DNA of 64,000 nucleotides, from assembly GCF_003918875.1 (NCBI RefSeq), contig NW_025765292.1:744001-808000 (forward strand). The letters run 5' to 3'. Source of the stretch: Haliotis rubra (Eukaryota). Every line of letters starts with the position of its first letter. The stretch's first letter is position 1. The notes beneath the pieces are model-generated. The model ran no database searches, was not told the DNA's origin, and saw nothing but the letters and a program-made list of their open reading frames with translations. Positions 24,289-35,560 of the stretch are shown in pieces. Both the position numbers and the translations under genes were made by a program.

Positions 24289-26095
24289 AATAGAGAATAC
24301 TACACGAGGTCTCATTACATACGAATTATACGAAACAAGTGTCCTTCCTATGGTATCTGACCGAGCGAAAGCAAGGTTAGAAACCATAGGAAGGTCGCGA
24401 GTTTCGTATAATTCATATGTAATTAGTCCAAGTGTGGTATTTTATTTATTACCCATGTCTTACATGCATAAAATAGACAAAATAGCGTATTTTTGTTAAT
24501 TTTATGGCTTCAAACCGAAACCAGTTTCATAAAGAGGTTGCGGAAGAATGTTGTTCTGTAGTACACTTTTTGCATGACGTCACTACGCCATTCTCGTCTG
24601 CCCCCTTGGTAACCGACGTCACGATGCATGTCAGTTGTCATCGCCGCGTACAGCCTCCTACAGTCCGTTTGAGACAAATTGATACCGATGAATTGCAATC
24701 TAACACAAAAACAAAAAGACATAAAAGAATCAAACCAACGCCGACTGCAATAAAAACAACAGACCAACTCTAGAAAGAATTGCAGAATTTGTGTCACAAA
24801 AATAAAGTTATTTAAGAAACTGTCATCATTTATTTGTGCATTTGCCCAGTTTGGGCACATTGGCAACTAAAGGAACAGCGCAAAAAGCGAGATGCACGTG
24901 CGTTAGTGACGTCAGAGACATGTGACTACTGCTGATTGACAAAGTGAGAGAAAATGAAAGTCTATTATTTACAAAGTCTATGATTTCTTCAAGGATGAAA
25001 ATGACAGGGGGTGACCCAAGTATGCAATTACTAAGTACATACAGCGCACTGCCTGTGCAGCTGGGAAACGTGTCATCTCGCCAGCTAAAAAATTGTTGAG
25101 AACCCGTTAACGCATGTGCATTTCGCTTTTCGCGCTGTTCATTTAGTTGCCAATGCACCCTTGTAACAAACTGGGTAAACATACAAATAAATGATGACAG
25201 TTTCTTAAACAACTTTTATATTTTTGTGATGCAAATTCTGCAAAAAAATTCTAGAGTTGGTCTATTGTTTTTATTGCAGTCCGCGTTGGTTTGATTCTTT
25301 TATGTCTATTTGTTTTTGTGTTAGATTGCAATTCATCGGTATCATTTTGTCTCAAACGGACTGTACAGTTAACTACTCCATAGCACCCGTTTCTTGGTTT
25401 GCAGTTGCTTCACTCGGCCAACATCACTGGTGGAAGCATTGCATGTGTTTTTCGACAGAAATAATGTCTCAGTTCGACTCACGGCAACGTTCGCAATGTT
25501 TACATTCCCATAATGCATCTATGGAATGTCGCATGACTAGTCAGCTTTATCTCCATGTACTGATCTAAACTTACGTTGATACGTAGTAGAAATTGGTGGT
25601 AGTTCATATTGCCCTATATTGTTTACGTTTATCATAGATGTAATTAAAATAATTAACCTGAACATCATCAGACTGTTTAAAATATATTTTGTTTTTCTGG
25701 TAACTTGCGCCTTAATGTGGTGGGTGTGGGGTGTAGGGGGTTGTAGACACGTCAATAGAACAGCGCATCAGTTAGCCGTTAAGTATTAAATTTGGCATCT
25801 TAGCAAAGAAATAGAGTTCGCTCTACCCCCATTTATAGTGTAATAAAGTACACTTTTGCCCTGAATTATTATAATGTGTATTACAAGTTGTAGAATGAAT
25901 GAATTCAAGTGTTTGTTATGAATGGGAAAGTAGTTTCGTCACAAAGTGACCTAACTGAGAGGTCATCGGTTATCCAATCAAATCGTTAGAATGTCAGGTC
26001 AAGTCGTTACGGCACAGGTCAATGCAATACAACACTCATGTGACGTACGAGATTAGTATGCAACTACCCATACGTTGACCACATGGGTAATAGAG
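24289..26095. mobile_element. Hairpin-capped non-autonomous element (Crypton-like?), composite
   Basis: 7-bp terminal direct repeat aatagag (24289, 26089). ~146-bp imperfect palindrome at 24296-24441. 12-bp inverted repeats tattacccatgt (24447) and acatgggtaata (26081). The interior is homologous, in reverse, to 48005-48650. Confidence 0.7.
24661..25363. mobile_element. Tc1/mariner-type MITE with ~190-bp TIRs
   Basis: TA|CAGTCCGTTTGAGACAAA ... TTTGTCTCAAACGGACTG|TA. Long inverted arms at ~24661-24852 and ~25168-25363. The empty site is visible in the paralogous element near 48597. Confidence 0.92.
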
Positions 26096-28590
26096 TTGCA
26101 TACTTAATTGTTGGGCCATTAGCATTCTAGTTTTAATTTAGTGTCAAAGACAAATTTACTATGAACATTAAAAAACATTGTTCAGTCACTACTGCGCTGG
26201 TTGATATCAGGGGACTTTTGTTAGCCAAATGCTAAAAATCGTCAGAAGCTGAGAAACATCGGGTGAACAGGAATAGCTACTCCAGCGGAACAGATTGAAT
26301 CAGACTTTGGATCTATGTTTTCATATATGGACTTCAATTTGAAACAAAATTGATATTAAAGTTGACAATCCACAAGTTTATTATTATTTTTGAGAACTAA
26401 GATTAAACAGAACTATTTGTATGTATATCATTTCGTTAGCCTTGTTCATAAGTCAAGAAAATTGTGGTAGGTAATATTTGATCTGATTCGTAAACTTTGA
26501 CTGAAATTTTGGTAACTTATTGTCTGGTTGTAGCTGACATAGTCTTGATATTGTATGAAATTGCCCAGTCAAATTTTATAATGGCTTATTTCCTTGTTGT
26601 TCTTCTTTAAAGTAGCCTATTGCAGAGTTGTTTGTTTTCCAAAACTGTAAGTTTATGATTTCTTGTACATGCTTTTGTTTGGCTGCAAAGTTTGAAAGAA
26701 AGAGTGAATGACATGCTGTGGGGTGTTAACTGAGTCTCGGTCATGTTATCTGACCTAATGGGATCAGATTTGTGTGCAAGCAAATGTGAGGTGAGCTAAA
26801 TTTGATGGTTTCCAGAGACAGAATGTGAGCTACTTAAATAAAGTAAAAAATTTGGGACTGAATGTGCCTCTTCCACTGCTTCGCAATACTACAAAACCTT
26901 GGCAAATTAAAAGTGAAAAGTGGATCTGGCAATGCTTCCTACCATTGACACAGGTACAGTAGCCAGGAGAACATACTTGATATTTTACATCATACAGTTG
27001 TACTGTCTACAGTTTGTTGCTGTAGATTGTAGTGTTATGTATTGACCGTGAACTTTAATCAGCTCTTAATACTAGACAAGCAGTGTTTCTAGATTTGTGC
27101 TTCGGACAACTAGCTGCAGCCACAGACTGCAGTTCTTTCTGTGTAGAGAACCTTCCAAATAGCTCAAATGAACTGAATTGCCACAGCAAGTCTTCCGTCT
27201 TGGCATAGTATGTCAACCTTCCCATCATTGTCATGCAATATTCCAAAAGTTCAAGCCTTTTGGGTATACATGTCACAACATTGAGGTACTGTTGAGCATG
27301 CTCTCTCCCTGAAGATTCAAAGAGAGCCATATCACTCTTGCTCAAAAGTTGTTTGATCAGGGTGGCAACATTCAAGGCTTTAGTACAACTTTCAGGGAGA
27401 GTTTATGGATGACATTTCCAAATTTGATGCATCAATGACAAAATGTATGTCAGATACAATTCCCTACTTTGACTTTTAGTACATGTTCCCATGCTTTTTA
27501 ACCTTTTCACAAGCATCTGGCATCGTCACTATTTGATAGCGATTAATGAACATATGCTCATGATGCAGTATGAATCATACAATCAGCTGCACTTTTGGCA
27601 GAGATATTGCTTGGCTATGGAAAGGGTTTTTGTTGATTGTATTATTAAGAATACAGAAAAATGATTTTATTTTTTTAAGTCCCTGAATACCACATTGATT
27701 TGCCATTGAACCTAGCAATGGTGTCTCTCAATTGTGCCCCCAGAAATCTGAAATAATTGGAAACAGCTGTGCCATGATAATAAGACTTAAAGTGCTTTAA
27801 GGAATTATTGTGGAATTTGGTGTGCAGTAAATATTTGGCATGGTATGCCTAGGGAATAATATTACCTCTGTTTTGAACCTATACTTTCTCTTTCTTGGTC
27901 TCCCATCAACGGATGTTAGCTTGTCCCACATGTGCCATATATTTGACAAATGGAATGCTGACATGCTTACACTTTTAATATTGATATACAGTTGGAAACA
28001 TGTTAGCGATAGTAAGTTGAATCAGAAAGTGTTTTGAAACGTGATACATCATTCGGCATCCATGGTCAAGATAGTGGTGTCTAAGACATCCAGGCTGTCA
28101 GGCTATGTACAGTGTGGTAGTTCACATGATGTACAGATATGTTGGTATGTTGTCGCCAGGTCAGTATATATCTGTGTCCCTCAACATTCTGAAAATTTCC
28201 TTGTCTCCCACTTTTGACTGTATAGAGAAAGGGTGGTATTCTCTGTATAACGCTTACATAATCTATCAACGTGAAAATATTTTGTGTTGCGTATAGCAAA
28301 TCACACAAAAAAAAAATCATTGAAATCAATACTACTTCATGTCCCTGTCTTGTTATAAAGCGTACAGAGGTTGCTTCTGTTCTTATGCTAATGCAAGTTT
28401 AAATGGGTTCGGCAGTGTACCAAAGACCAGTAAAGTGCATTATTGGCATGGAAGGAATCCTTTCATTGTGTCATTATCTCTGTTCATGTGTCAACTCCAA
28501 CTGAATAATGCCCGCCCATTTACACGGCCAGGCTCTTTTGTTGTGCTGGGGCTCCTGAACCCTGGCGGTTTCCGCTATTGATTATGGGCT

Positions 28591-28604
28591 GTTGCCATGG
28601 CAAC
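28591..28604. promoter_or_regulatory. Perfect palindromic RFX X-box
   Basis: GTTGCCATGGCAAC. A second imperfect site GTTGTCATTGGCAAC lies at 28839-28853, in a locally GC-richer, repeat-free segment. Confidence 0.55.
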
Positions 28605-29274
28605 TACTAATCAGGTTCACATGGTTTTTATTGCGCTCCCAGACTTCAAATATTTACTTATGACTATGTTGCTGTATTTGCATGTAAATGCCCAGTGATG
28701 GTGGGCTCCCCACTGAGCAAATTGCCATTGGCATTTAAAGTTTGTGATAACACCTTACTGGGATTGGCTGCAACCCAGCAACCTTTGGCAGCCTGCCAGC
28801 AGTGTGTCAGGTTACTTGTATCAACATGATTTATTGCCGTTGTCATTGGCAACCATCTCCTCACAAGGGCTATAATCTTTAGAACAGCCCGGTACTGTAA
28901 TTTGGGCTGTTTTTGTATGGTCGGCCTTGCCTTAAAGCGAAGGCAAGGCTGATCCAGGCCAAACTTAAGGTAAGATGTGCTTAGATTCACATGTAGGTGA
29001 ACCTAATACAGTTAATTTAGTTGTACTTGCAAGCACCCATCAATTTGCGCCAAGGCAGGCAAATGAAATATTTATTATTTAAAGCAATAGGGCTGAAATT
29101 TTGCATATATATTTTCATGACTTGAAATTTGTTTTATGAATATTCCATCAAATGATTTTTTGTGTGGAAAGTTTCATTTTTTCAATAATGCATGAATTTT
29201 TGTTTTCGTTTTGAAATATTGTCAACAATGAGCTGCATTTAAGCTGAGGATTTTGCCTCGTGCACTATAACAGG

Positions 29275-29475
29275 AAGTGGGGTAGCCTAGTGGTTTAAGT
29301 GTTTGTTCATCATTCCAAAAACCTGGACTTGATTTTCCACTTGGGTACAATATGTGAAGCCCATTTCTGCTGTCCCATGATATTCCTGGAATATTGAAAA
29401 GCAATATAAGACCTCACTCACTCACTCACTTAATCACTCACTCAACCACTCAACCACTTACTCACTCACTCGCTC
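29275..29475 (+). mobile_element. tRNA-derived SINE family A, diverged, with (ACTC)n tail
   Basis: ggggtagcctagtggtttaag..gtgaagcccatttctg..tggaatattg; homologous to 42970-43133. Confidence 0.85.
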
Positions 29476-29477
29476 AA

Positions 29478-29838
29478 CCCGTGAAGGTCCGGGTTAGAAT
29501 ATACTTTCAGCAACCCATGCTTGTTGTAAGAGGCGACTATCAGGATCGGGTGGTCAGGCGCGCTGGTTTGGTTGACACATGTCATCGGTTCCCAATTTCG
29601 CAGATCGATGCTCATGCTGTTGATCACTGGATTGTCTGGTCCAGACTTGATTATTTACGGACCGCCGCCGTTATAGCTGGAATATTGCTGAGTGCGGCGT
29701 AAAACTAAACTCGCTCACTCACTCACTCACTCACTCACTCACTCACTCACTCAATCAATCAATCACTTAATCAACCACTCAACCACTCACTCACTCACTC
29801 ATTCACACACTCACTCACTCACTCATTCACACTCACTC
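29478..29838 (+). mobile_element. SINE-like family B with long (ACTC)n tail
   Basis: cccgtgaaggtccgggttag..taagaggcgacta..gctggaatattgctgagtgcggcgtaaaactaaactc(actc)n; homologous to 31258 and 37827. Confidence 0.9.
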
Positions 29839-30867
29839 TTTAACTGCAGTAGTGACATTTAACATGTTTAACGCAACAGTAACTGGATGGAGTATTTAGT
29901 GATGTGTTTTACAGTTTGCTAAGGTCATAGATAGCAACCCAAGGATAACTCTTGAATTGTGCACTGCTGGTTATAGGTTTGAATCCCAGATTCCTTGACT
30001 TGTCAGGTCCATTGCTGTTCTCAAGTGTTTCACCAGTGGTAAAGGCTCCTGAGACCTCCGTGATTTCATGCCTTCCTCCCTAATCAAGGTGACATTCCTG
30101 ACTCCAGATGTTTCCTTAGTATTTGTGTCAACCTGTATCACATCTTTACTGACCTTGCTAGATGGCCATGGTGATTTCTTTGAAATAAGAACAAGCCTTG
30201 TAGTTAATAATATAGGTCATTCACACCAAACAGATCACCCGGATCCAGCGGACCTAGCCATTATTGTATCAGATGGCTACCATGATGAACTGATAGGTGT
30301 CATGTTGCAGTAAATCTGGTAGCAGTAGCTACAGTTTGGTTACAGCATCTGATAGTGATCACCACAGGAATGGTTTCATGTCTGAAGTAAACTTGGATCA
30401 AATGAGCCAATTTGATGGGAGATACCACTGTCTATATCATTAACTGTTTATCATGCGATAAATATTCAAAAGGGGATATGTTTCAGACTATACTATACCT
30501 GTTCTCACCACTGTGAAGAGCGGCAGGCCCAATCAGTGGCTTGGTGTGATGGCCATGAAGGTAACTAAACTTAATCCCTGGAGAGATAAACAATATATCT
30601 TAACAAATTGAATGATTTATTCTGTCCCTACCTCCCAGAAAACCTACATTAAAAATTATCTTGATTTCTTTTGAAGCACTGTAAATGTACCGTGCCAGGC
30701 TCTGAAATAGATGACCTCTCGTCAAAATGAAGCAGTAATATCAAGCAAAAATGGATAGGCTTCTACTAATACTGCTGAATAAATACCTAAATCAGATAAG
30801 TTTTTCATTTTCATTTTTGTTTTAAAAATGATTAGGACCCTAAATTACCTTGTTTATTTTACTTTTA

Positions 30868-31184
30868 GGCCAGACCAATTTTATTTCTTGTTTTACGGAT
30901 CTGCCAGTCATATTTTTTCAAGAATAAGAAAAAAAATAAAAATTAATTTTCCCCATTCAAAAAATATAATTTTCATGTTTTTATTGGCCAAAAATGTAAA
31001 CTTACAAAAATAATTTTTTTGGATTGTTTTTGCCCCATATACACTTCATAAATTGCCCAAAATAAAATACTTTTAGTATTTAAAAGGAATATTACTTTGA
31101 CTGGTGATTTTTTATTTTTTCCCACCTGCCTTTAGGTTTTCTGAAGAAAAAATCTGTAAAACAAGAAATAAAATTGGTCTGGCC
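30868..31184. mobile_element. PIF/Harbinger-type MITE, copy 1
   Basis: TTA|GGCCAGACCAATTTTATTTCTTGTTTTAC ... GTAAAACAAGAAATAAAATTGGTCTGGCC|TTA. Confidence 0.92.
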
Positions 31185-31257
31185 TTATATGATAAAATTG
31201 TTTGCTAGAAAGCAAGATAGTTCTACTTTCTCATTAAATGGCTGAGATTATGTGGGA

Positions 31258-31660
31258 TCCGTGAAGATCTGGGTTAGAATTGGTCTTCAGTAACCCATAC
31301 TTGTTGTAGAGGCTTACTAATGGGATCGGGTGGTCAGGCTCGCTGACTTGGTTGACGTATGTCATTTCCCAAATGCGTAGGATGATGCTCATAATGTTGA
31401 TCACTAGATTGTCTGGTCCAGGTTTGGTCATTTACAGACTGACGCCAAATGTTGATCACTAGATTGTCTGGTCCAGGTTTGGTCATTTACAGACTGACGC
31501 CAAATGTTGATCACTAGATTGTCTGGTCCAGGTTTGGTCATTTACAGACTGACGCCAAATGTTGATCACTAGATTGTCTGGTCCAGGTTTGGTCATTTAC
31601 AGACTGACGCCATATAGCTGGAATGTTGCTGAGTGCAGCGTTAAATAACAAACCAACCAG
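31258..31660 (+). mobile_element. SINE-like family B with an internal 55-bp unit repeated 4 times (31393-31612)
   Basis: Family B head and tail. aatgttgatcactagattgtctggtccaggtttggtcatttacagactgacgcca occurs 4 times, identical. Confidence 0.92.
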
Positions 31661-32128
31661 CCTACATTTCTTGTGAACCCTTGACTAAGATAAGGGGAAA
31701 ATATTGTTTTCATGTGGACTCTTAAATAAGTTTGAAGATAAGGGGGAGATCAGTGTATCATTTGGACCCCAATAAGATATGGACATAGATAGGGAGAAAT
31801 TACAATATGGACCCTTGAGATATAAGATAAGCAGGAGATGAGTGTATCTTGGCGACCACTATGCTGAGCGTATTATCAGACATTTATGGTGGTTTGCAAT
31901 ATTTGATGTATGAAATGTTTTGTCTTCAATATTCATTAAAAACATATTCATTACCTGTAAGTTTTCATAATGTAGGATGACTGAAAAGAGACATGTTGGT
32001 CAATATGTTTCATTTATTTTGTGTAAGTACTAATGAGATCACTGTACTTAAAACTTTAGGTCATTGGGATCTTGAAAATGCATATATCAAAATATTAGGC
32101 CAGTGTGCAGATGAGCAGTACTAGAATT

Positions 32129-33395
32129 GGAACTGTTCATTGACAGTTAATACATACTGCCTTGCAGAAAGTGGTCCTATGTAACTGGCACTGTTCATTG
32201 ACAGTTAATACATACTGCCTTGCAGAAAGTGGTCCTATGTAACTGGCACTGTTCATTGACAGTTAATACATACTGCCTTGCAGAAAGTGGTCCAATGTAA
32301 CTGGCACTGTTCATTGACAGTTAATACATACTGCCTTGCAGAAAGTGGTCCTATGTAACTGGCACTGTTCATTGACAGTTAATACATACTGCCTTGCAGA
32401 AAGTGGTCCTATGTAACTGGAACTGTTCATTGACAGTTAATACATACTGCCTTGCAGAAAGTGGTCCTATGTAACTGGCACTGTTCATTGACAGTTAATA
32501 CATACTGCCTTGCAGAAAGTGGTCCAATGTAACTGGCACTGTTCATTGACAGTTAATACATACTGCCTTGCAGAAAGTGGTCCTATGTAACTGGCACTGT
32601 TCATTGACAGTTAATACATACTGCCTTGCAGAAAGTGGTCCTATGTAACTGGCACTGTTCATTGACAGTTAATACATACTGCCTTGCAGAAAGTGGTCCT
32701 ATGTAACTGGAACTGTTCATTGACAGTTAATACATACTGCCTTGCAGAAAGTGGTCCTATGTAACTGGCACTGTTCATTGACAGTTAATACATACTGCCT
32801 TGCAGAAAGTGGTCCTATGTAACTGGAACTGTTCATTGACAGTTAATACATACTGCCTTGCAGAAAGTGGTCCTATGTAACTGGCACTGTTCATTGACAG
32901 TTAATACATACTGCCTTGCAGAAAGTGGTCCTATGTAACTGGAACTGTTCATTGACAGTTAATACATACTGCCTTGCAGAAAGTGGTCCTATGTAACTGG
33001 CACTGTTCATTGACAGTTAATACATACTGCCTTGCAGAAAGTGGTCCTATGTAACTGGCACTGTTCATTGACAGTTAATACATACTGCCTTGCAGAAAGT
33101 GGTCCTATGTAACTGGAACTGTTCATTGACAGTTAATACATACTGCCTTGCAGAAAGTGGTCCTATGTAACTGGAACTGTTCATTGACAGTTAATACATA
33201 CTGCCTTGCAGAAAGTGGTCCAATGTAACTGGCACTGTTCATTGACAGTTAATACATACTGCCTTGCAGAAAGTGGTCCTATGTAACTGGCACTGTTCAT
33301 TGACAGTTAATACATACTGCCTTGCAGAAAGTGGTCCTATGTAACTGGCACTGTTCATTGACAGTTAATACATACTGCCTTGCAGAAAGTGGTCC
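32129..33395. repeat. 58-bp minisatellite, ~22 near-identical copies
   Basis: ggMactgttcattgacagttaatacatactgccttgcagaaagtggtccWatgtaact; only two variable positions seen. Confidence 0.98.
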
Positions 33396-35019
33396 CTATT
33401 TTATAGGGACTACACTTTTTCAGTACAGATTGAAGTACTTTTATGGTTGAACCCAAAGGGATGGGAGTCAATCTCAAAAGTACATAAATCTGTACTTTAT
33501 TGAGTAAGTGTAATCCCAAACACACCACTTGTTACATTCAGTGACAGTACAACAATGTTATAACGCTACTTGCTGTAATTCCAGAATGGATATAATACAT
33601 TGTATCTTATTGACTTGCAAACTGTTAACTACCTTTTCATAATGACCTTATGTTAATACCTGTATCTTTCTGAAAGAGGTTTCCCAATGCCCTGCCCATA
33701 ATGCCAATCGGAAACAAACACTCTTCAACTTTTGGAACATAACTGAGACAGTGATTGACTATGACAATGATTTCCTCCAGTGTATCTTCCTGCTACAGTT
33801 TTGAATGCCAACCTCTCAATGTTTAACTTTAGATGTAATGAGCGGATGGTTTGGTTTGTCAAGGCAAAGGGTCTCTTGTGATAAGAGATTATCTTATTTG
33901 TATATTTCATAACTTATTTTATGCTTTGTTTGTTTCAAGTTTGGAAATGTTCAGGGACAGTTGGTCTGGGAGTGAAACTTGAACCTTCCTCAGAACAACT
34001 TTCTATGGCATCTCTGAATGAAACCAACTTGTACAAAATATGTTGAAATGTGGCACTGCATGTTTCCAGGTGTATACTTATGAGATAACAGTATCTATAA
34101 ACATACCCATGCAAATTCTATTCTGGAGCTCCCTCCCTATCTGATCTAGCTCCTATAGGTTTTGTCTCTATTTTGTTTGTTGGCTATTAAAGCCATGCCA
34201 TTAAATTTGACATGATTCTTGTGGTGTTGTGTACTGTACACATGTTGGATGACATAATAATTGCTTGAACATTTGGGGGTAAAATAAGGTTTCCCACTGA
34301 TGTTAGTGGGCCACAGGGGGGCTGCAACCCTGTTGGTGTACCAGGATCTAATGAGCTAATTTTCAGCCATACCCTTTCCAGTGGGTGTCACTGAAGTGAT
34401 GAAAACGCAAGGCTTGTGTCACTCTGGGCACACATTCTGCTGACAGACAGTGAAACTTTTGCAAAAATACTGAAGTCTGCTTTAAACATCCAAGTCGTCT
34501 GAAATGAATTGCATGCAATTACTCACGCTCATGAGTTTTAATGAATACCTTGTTGTTACAATTTTTTAAAAAGAAAGTGAACATTTCACAAGTACACATA
34601 CAATGATCATCAAGTATCTTGCTTGTCCATGTAATGATTATAATATCTTCAGTGTCTATTGTTCAGTGTCGCAGCGAGCAATATTTTAGCTATATCAATG
34701 TCAGCCTGTAGATATCTGAATCAAGAGAAACAAGGGCTTGATGTGTCATTGATGTACAGTAAAAATATCTTTGTGGCTGAAAGTGATGAAATGACCAAAT
34801 TAATAATGAAATCAAGGAGTTGATGAATTGATAATGTGGAAGTAAAGATAAGTGAAAATACGAGAATATAACAAATATCACGAGGCTGCTTAATAATGAT
34901 TAAGTACTAGTAGAATTTGGAGGGTATTCTTATGTCATGTCATCACTAGACATGTAAGAAGTCTCTCTCTAGCCCCTACCCTACTTGTGTATCCTGCTGG
35001 CATATTATGGGGATAGCAT

Positions 35020-35560
35020 TGTCTTCCATTGATTTACTCACCTGAACTTGAAATTAAGGATACAAGTGAGACCGCCTCAACTGTTTCATATTTAGATCTA
35101 TGCATAAAGATTCAGAGTGACAATAAACTCTCCACAAGGCTGTATGACCAAAGGGATGATTTCAACTTTCCAATAGTCAACTTCCCTTTCACGTTTAGCA
35201 ATATTCCAACAGCTCCAGCCTTTGGTACAATGGAGGTACAATCGAGCATGTTCTTTTTATCAGGATTTCAAAGAATGTCATACCACTCTTGCTCAGAAGT
35301 TGTTTGGTCAAGGTTACAACATTCAAGGCCTCAGTATATAGCTTCCAAGAGGTTTTATGGTAGACATGTGGACAAAATTTCCAAATTTGATGCGTCTGAC
35401 AAAAATTATGTCCGATGCAATTCCCTATTTTGACTTATACCATATGTTCCCGAATTATTTCAGGTGAACAAATGACTAGACTTAGCATATGTTTATGACA
35501 TGTGCCACCAGTAGGGCAGGATACGCAAACCTTTTTGTGAACACCTGGTATCATCTCTAT
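35020..35560 (+). mobile_element. Penelope-like retroelement fragment (RT C-terminal region), decayed
   Basis: ELEIKDTSETASTVSYLDL..LSTRLYDQRDDFNFPIVNFPF..SNIPTAPAFG..KRFYGRH resembles the invertebrate Penelope-like RT C-terminus. Confidence 0.8.

Noticed and set aside
27055-27375. 106-aa minus-strand ORF
   Set aside because: No recognisable motif or convincing splice sites; the length is within chance expectation.
32129-33395. CRISPR-like appearance of regular arrays (also 17385-18224)
   Set aside because: Head-to-tail repeats with no unique spacers and no cas genes, in a eukaryotic context.
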